A DNA stretch of 25,878 bases from Macrostomum lignano (lineage: Eukaryota): positions 1-25,878 of the forward strand of contig NIVC01005113.1 in NCBI GenBank assembly GCA_002269645.1. Direction: 5' to 3'. The translations under genes and the position numbers were made by a program. The notes beneath the pieces are model-generated. The model was given only the letters and a program-made list of their open reading frames with translations, ran no database searches and was not told the DNA's origin. Within the stretch, counting starts at the first letter, position 1. Every line of letters starts with the position of its first letter. Below, one piece after another: positions 19,488-25,878 of the stretch.

Positions 19488-21929
19488 AACGCAGATTCAT
19501 GTATTCAATTGTATGATACATCGAAACTCGTGACTATGTACATGATCGGGGCCTGTCTCAGTGAGCTACTAAATCATGCAAATGCGACCCATTTGTCGCT
19601 TTGTCCATTAAATTTCTGCTTTAAGCTACTAAGCACATGGACAACTACTCTAGTACTCTACTCTACTCTAGTTGTCCATGACTAAGCATTGCGGGGGGGG
19701 GGCGATTCGATCGTGCTCGTCAATTTCAACAATTTCATAGAAAATGTTTGTTTTAGACAATGAAGAGAAAATATAGATGCAGATTCTCATGTTTGGCCGA
19801 ACAGGCTGTCTAAAGCAACAATTGCCACATTACTTATACTACTACTTTTGCTACTACTACTATGATGTTTTTCGAAGGCTTGGCAATACTTATTAATTTG
19901 TAATAATCTGTTTATTCCCGTTGTGAATCATACTTTTTCGCTTCAAATTTCTTTACTATTCGTTTTTTTGTTTTTATTATTTCGTTTATATATGTTTATA
20001 TGTTTTTCTAAAGCTGAGTGGATCGATCGACCGGCCGTTTAACGCGTATCTTATATTTATATGTGTTATATTGGAAATATGTTTCTGGGATCGAAGCGTC
20101 AGGAAGGTGATGGCCGCCATTTTTTCTTCTGCTGCGGCATCCTGCGGCCAGTGTTGCTCGAGCACGGCGTGCTGCAGTGACTGCTGTTGGGTGGCTTAGG
20201 GATGATATAGCCCCGTCTGATGGTATATCACTGTCAGGTGCTGCAGTCACTACATGTATATAGATCAAGAGCATATCAGAGCATGCCATCTGCAGGTAGA
20301 GAATCACAGTGTATACTCAAGGCTGCAATTCACAAGTTTTATTTTCCTGCACTTCTGCTTTTCTATTATGGAATTTAAAGAGCATGGAAACAACTTTAGG
20401 TAGTGAGTTCATGATTTATGGACCAAAGAAGGCAAAGTAGCAAATAGTAGGCAAATTACAATTAGATGGGGATAGGTAGACAGGCAGATAAGGAAATTAA
20501 TGTACATATATAAATAGAGATATAGCAGTAGATACAGGGACTACTCAATAGTTATTAAGTAGTCCCTGAGTAGATATTGAAATTCAGCACTCTTACGAGT
20601 AGAATAGCATTTTCATATGCTACTAACTTATATGTACTTCTTATGCTTCATAAATAAGTATTGCAAGATTTTTATTAAAATTGGATGTAAAAGTTACGTA
20701 ACATAAAATTTGGATTTGATTTCACAGACGAATGCGCACAGAGCTTCGTGAGCAGATTTCTTAAGCCACGACATGATTTGAAAGCATCAAGCACTGTAAC
20801 AACAACAGTTACAGTTATGTTGTTACAGTTGCAATGTTTCACTTATGTTTGCGGAAAATAAGTGAGAGAGACTTGAGTTGAGTTGAGGGAAGTTTCAAAT
20901 TCCCGCCTTCACTATGGAAACGTAAATTTTAGAAAAACTTTGTTTGAACGTGTCTTGCCCCCACCCCAATTTTCCTATAAATACAAGCGAATTTTGCGCC
21001 CAGAGAGGCTAACCGAAGTTTAGATCTTTTGGTTCATAGGTGAATTGCCTATAAAAATTGAAGAAGTGTTCCAAACCTTCCTTCATTTGCTAAAAACTAA
21101 GAGCGAATGCTCATTGGACTAGAGGTAGAAATTACCAAGAGCAAGAGACGAATTGTCGAAGAGCCAATAGCGTACTAGCAAAGAGCAGAGGCGTAATCAG
21201 CCAATAGAAAGAGGAGAAATATCCAAATAAACTGTTCGAACTGAACAACCAATGGAAAGTCGTATATGACAAAAGCAAATCCATAAGAGGAAATTGAAAT
21301 TCACCGGGCAAACTCGATCCATTGGAGGACGCTGCTAGAGGACTTAGTCACCCCCCCCCTTTTCCTAGCTAAACAGTGTCTTGCCGCTCGGGCACTGCGT
21401 GCTACCAGGGCAATCCGTGTTTACGTGAAAGCCCATAATCTTTACTCCGTGACCCAGTATTTTTGCAGTTCATAACGAATCTAATAGCTAATTTTATGAA
21501 ATTCTAGAATTATAGCAAATTTCACCCCAGTACAACTTGGTAACAGCAGTGGAATTGTGAATAGACATTAGAAGCCCCTCCGACAACTTGGTGACATCGG
21601 TGGGATAGTTTATAATAATTAAAAACCCCTACGACATAAGTTTTAATTCTCTCAATCCTACTGCAGATACTATAGTGAATATTTATTTTGTCGGCATTTG
21701 TCTCGAATTAACCAGACAGATAAGTGCAATCTTTAGCAGCAAGCATAATAAAAGACCTACCACCTAGATTCTAGAAATGTACACTCATACAATTAATAAA
21801 AAACTTCATGTCCGACTCCAAAGATAGTTTAACAATGTGACTGGTAACGATTGTGTTTGGGACTTGAATATTTTTCTGAGAGATCTGGCAACATGCTTGA
21901 GCCAACTTGACTGTTTCGTACTTTAAATG

Positions 21930-22595
21930 GCCTGCGGCAAGCATCTGAGCCCAAACTTCCTGCGGGCAAACTTCCTGCGGGCAAACTTCCTGCGGGCTAA
22001 TTTCCTGCGGGCAAACTTCCTGCGGGCAAACTTCCTGCGGGCAAACTTCCCTCGGGCAAACTTCCCTCGGGCAAACTTCCTGCGGGCTAATTTCCTGCGG
22101 GCAAACTTCCTGCGGGCAAACTTCTTGCGGGCAAACTTCTTGCGGGCAAACTTCTTGCGGGCAAACTTCCTGCGGGCAAACTTCCTGCGGGCAAACTTCC
22201 TGCGGGCAAACTTCTTGCGGGCAAACTTCCTGCGGGCAAACTTCCTGCGGGCAAACTTCTTGCGGGCAAACTTCCTGCGGGCAAACTTCCTGCGGGCAAA
22301 CTTCTTGCGGGCAAACTTCCTGCGGGCAAACTTCCTGCGGGCAAACTTCCTGCGGGCAAACGTCTGCGGGCAAACTTCCTGCGGCCAAACTTCCTGCGGC
22401 CAAACTTCCTGCGGCCAAACTTCCTGCGGGCAAACTTCCTGCGGGCAAACTTCCTGCGGGCAAACGGCCTGTGGGCAAACTTCCTGCGGGCAAACTTCCT
22501 GCGGGCAAACGTCTGCGGGCAAACGGCCTGCGGGCAAACGTCTGCGGGCAAACTTCCCTTTGGGCTAATTTCCTGTGGGCTAATGTCATAGACCC
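21930..22595. repeat. 15-bp minisatellite TTCCTGCGGGCAAAC, about 42 copies, ending in a MULE-like terminus
   Basis: Direct tandem repeat terminating in GGGCTAATGTCATAGACCC (22577-22595). Confidence 0.97.
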
Positions 22596-22718
22596 GCTGC
22601 AGGTGCTATCTATTTTGTCGTCCTGAAGCAAAATTATTGTATTCCATAACGGGTCACAAGGTTGGTGGAGGGGGTAATTAGCATTGGCAAGTCCCCCCAA
22701 TAGCTTCTACGCCCTTTG
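22596..22718 (+). mobile_element. Right half of the CAGGGGCG-type MITE
   Basis: TATTTTGTCGTCCTGAAGCAAAATTATTG...AGCATTGGCA..TCCCCC..ATAGCT aligns to about 1626-1724 and ends in CTACGCCC. Confidence 0.75.
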
Positions 22719-23176
22719 TCCGCGTTTATACCCATTCAATGCACAGAGTAGTCTTGATTTAAAACAAAATCATGATTACGAATTCGACCAAAACTGCAAT
22801 AAATTTTTGATAAGAAACTTTTCAAAAGCAGATTACCATCCAAAAAGCACCGTTTCAACGCAGAAAGCTTTCAAATTGTTCAAAATTTTCAGTCTGCATG
22901 ATTGACGTTCAAAATTACGACAAGAGAGACACTGGATTGCTTTTAGCTGTCAGGATGTGAAAGTCCCAGCTAATGCGTGTCAAGAAAAATGAGAAGGTTC
23001 CGGATATGCTGTAGTCGTAGATAATGGGCCCAAAAGTGAGTCACTTATGCCTAAACCAGCAGCCATCTGTCATTTACGGAAACAGCAGAAATCGATATTT
23101 CCGTTTAAAAGCAGCTGCATCAGAAAGAAAGCGTCAAAACCATATCTGAGTTTTCTGGTTGCAAGACAGCAGGAAA

Positions 23177-24094
23177 ATGCACTGCAACTCTAACATTATC
23201 ACGCTTTGTGCTCTGTCGCTGGCACAGCTGGCGCTCTCGGCCGAGTACGAAACCTCGACAGGCGGCTGCGTGGTGCCGCAGACTCCGCAGCACTCGCTGA
23301 CGTCCTCGAGCGCCCGCATGTGCGCCTTCCTGTGCTCTCAGCTCCGTCGTCCCTGCATCGCCTGGAGCCACCGCGCAGGCGTCTGCAACATGTCGGACAG
23401 CCTCCAGACCGCCAGTCTGACGAACGACACCGACTGCCAGTCGTGGAGCGCCCTGCTCCAGCTCGGCCTCGTCGCCTTCTGGCCCATGAGCAACGCCACT
23501 CGGACTCGCAATGCGGTCTCGAACAGCGGCCATCTCGACCTGCAGGAGAACATCCCGATGCAGTACACGGACAGCGCCGTCAACTTCACTGGTCAGTCGG
23601 GTGTGTCAGAGAGGTTCAACATTGACCAGCTGACTTCGGTGTGTCTCACCAGCCTCACCATGTCAGTGTGGGTCAAGGTCACCAATGCGTCAAGGGGTTC
23701 GATGCCTCTGCTGGAGGGCCTCACCATGCCTTCTTCAGCTCACACTCGATTATTTCTTTATCCAACAACTACCGACATCGAGTTCACCGTTTCGTCGTCG
23801 ACGGTCTCAGTGTCTGGACCCACCGACACGGCCAGCGGTTGGACCCACATCGCCGCGGTGTACGACAAGCAGACTCCAGAAATCAGGATCCTCGTCAACG
23901 GAACTCGACAGGCCACCAGCGGCTCGGCCACCGCTTTGACCTCGTGCGCGGACTTCGGCAGCAGCGTGCAGATCGGAGCCGTCAGCCGCATTATCAGCCA
24001 CAACCGCGTGTTCCAAGGCTACATGAGATGCTTCGGAGTGTCGGAGAGAGCTCTGAGCGACTCCGAAGTTGCTCTGCTGCAGGGACTGTGTTGA
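23177..24094 (+). CDS. Secreted PAN/apple + LamG/concanavalin A-like (pentraxin-like fold) protein (305 aa, single exon)
   Basis: ATG at 23177 within ORF 23159-24094, then signal peptide MHCNSNIITLCALSLAQLALS. Six-Cys PAN-like module (C-x3-C-x6-C-x2-W-x6-C). LamG-like motifs LVAFWPM, LTMSVWVK, WTHIAAVYD, LVNG, QIG, FQGYM, RALS. Confidence 0.88.
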   Translation: MHCNSNIITLCALSLAQLALSAEYETSTGGCVVPQTPQHSLTSSSARMCAFLCSQLRRPCIAWSHRAGVCNMSDSLQTASLTNDTDCQSWSALLQLGLVAFWPMSNATRTRNAVSNSGHLDLQENIPMQYTDSAVNFTGQSGVSERFNIDQLTSVCLTSLTMSVWVKVTNASRGSMPLLEGLTMPSSAHTRLFLYPTTTDIEFTVSSSTVSVSGPTDTASGWTHIAAVYDKQTPEIRILVNGTRQATSGSATALTSCADFGSSVQIGAVSRIISHNRVFQGYMRCFGVSERALSDSEVALLQGLC

Positions 24095-24547
24095 GAACAT
24101 TTGTATGGATCGAAGCTTAACTTCTAACGAAAGTTATTTGTACTTTAATCAGCCATACTTTTTTCTGTAGTCTTGAAAGTTGTCCAGTACAATTAGTTGT
24201 CTGTTAGCCGTCTGCCCCTATCTATTTTATCATATATATTTAATTGTTCATGTATAATAATTGTAAATTTACTATAGCTAGAATCTGGGTCAAGGTCTAA
24301 CACTGTCGCTCTATTCCTTTTGTTCCTAACTACTTTGTAGGGCATGTTACCTGGGTGTTTGTGCAAATTTTACTGATACTTTTTACTCTACTCTCATTAT
24401 TTACTTTTACCAGCTTGCATACCTCTGCAATGCGGACCAATGTGACAATATAATGAGCAAATATATCCTGCAAACGTCAATATGAAATAGATGGTAAACC
24501 ATCGATCGAACTATAACAGAATTGTTCTTAGCTTTAACTGCACCGAT

Positions 24548-24959
24548 TCCCCAACCATACATTCCCCACACAACCATTCCCCACACACCCATTCCCCACA
24601 CACCCATTCCCCACAAACCCATTCCCCACACACCAATTCCCCACACACCAATTCCCCACACACCAATTCCCCACACACCCAGATCCCCACACACCCATTT
24701 TCCACACACCCATTCCCCACACACCCATTCCCCACACAACCATTCCCCACACACCAATTCCCCACACACCAATTCCCCACACACCAATTCCCCACATACC
24801 CATTTCCCACACACCAATTCCCCACACACCCATTCCCCACACACCCATTCTCCACACACCCATTCCCCACACACCAATTCCCCACACACCAATTCCCCAC
24901 ATACCCATTCCCGACACACCCATTCCACACACCTATTCCCCACACCCCGATTCCTACCC
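24548..24959. repeat. 15-bp minisatellite ATTCCCCACACACC(A/C), about 27 copies
   Basis: Direct tandem repeat; the right end reads GGGTAGGAATCGGGG on the minus strand. Confidence 0.96.
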
Positions 24960-25280
24960 AGGTTTACAAACTGTCCGAGGAAAAACGAAAGAAACTGAAG
25001 CTTTTGGCAGTAATATAGATTTCGAAATTCTAGTAGTATACAAGAGGGCCTTTAATTATTTTATTTACACTGTTGCTTAAATCTCACGAAATCCATACCT
25101 CGAATCGTCAGTGCCTTGTAGATTCGCCCCCCCCGTTGTCACATGTAGTTCTTCCTTACTGTAAAAAGCACAGATACATAATACTCGAGCTAATTAATTG
25201 AGCTCACGAAAATGGAGTATAGCTACTTTCTGCCAAAATTTTTACAATTTCCTGTTGGCAAACTAGTTCTCACTAGTTAT

Positions 25281-25499
<219 letters not shown>

Positions 25500-25538
25500 A
25501 TACTCGTATATAATCAGTTAGTTCATTATGGTAATTAT

Positions 25539-25878
25539 GAGGGAAAGATAAGAGAGGAGAGAGAAGAGTAGAGAGAGAGGGAGAGAGGAGAGAAGGAGAG
25601 AGGAGAGGAGGAGAGAGTAGGGAGGAGAGAAGAGAGAAGAGAGAAGAGGGAAGAGATGCGAGAGTAGAAAGTAGAGAGAGGAGGAAGAGAGAAGAGAGCA
25701 AAAATGAGAGAGGAGAGAGGAGAGAGAAGACAGGAGAGAGAAGGAAGGAGAGAGAAGAAAGGAGAGAAAAAAGAGGAAAGAGAGTGAGAAGAGATCAGCA
25801 GGAGAGAGGAGAGAGAATTAAGAGAGGAGAAAAGAAACAGAGATGATGAGATGATGAGATAATATATGAGATGAGAAA
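25539..25878. repeat. GA-rich polypurine low-complexity tract running to the window end
   Basis: Irregular AG/GAG/AGAGG repeats with almost no pyrimidines on the + strand. Confidence 0.95.

Noticed and set aside
11700-20260. Frequent TAGGCCTA and TACATGTA palindromes
   Set aside because: Scattered with no consistent spacing or context; likely a genome-wide word bias that cannot be tested from one window.
21771-22700. Long ORFs (CPQEV)n, (FARRK)n, (RANFL)n
   Set aside because: All frames are open because the unit is 15 bp and stop-free; there is no signal peptide or wobble bias, and the array ends in a transposon terminus.
24407-25018. Repeat ORFs (CGEWV)n, (HTHSP)n and others
   Set aside because: Same artefact of a 15-bp array; variants are non-synonymous in these frames and single-base length changes shift them.

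Overview
Eukaryotic (animal) genomic DNA that is repeat- and transposon-rich; no prokaryotic operon, CRISPR array, rRNA or tRNA gene was found. Gene style suggests a free-living flatworm such as Macrostomum, but that is inference only. Four host genes are supported: (1) a small secreted protein made of 17 GGQRWNK repeats (5915-6412, -), (2) a two-exon FSAF1/C1orf131 (DUF4602)-like gene whose intron is mostly a 33-bp minisatellite (9678-7923, -), (3) a secreted C-type lectin + PAN/apple protein (15501-16280, -), and (4) a secreted PAN/apple + LamG/ConA-like protein (23177-24094, +). Mobile DNA comprises a 5'-truncated, frameshifted RNase H-bearing non-LTR retrotransposon (about 2757-5413), several MITEs (one with a clean 9-bp TSD), three non-coding LTR-like segments each carrying a tRNA-Leu PBS-like motif, and three 15-bp minisatellites. 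The two most notable observations are the GGQRWNK protein, whose recurrent repeat variants are all synonymous, and a nested transposon whose two halves now point in opposite directions, recording a multi-kb inversion that can be reconstructed from an intact relative in the same window.
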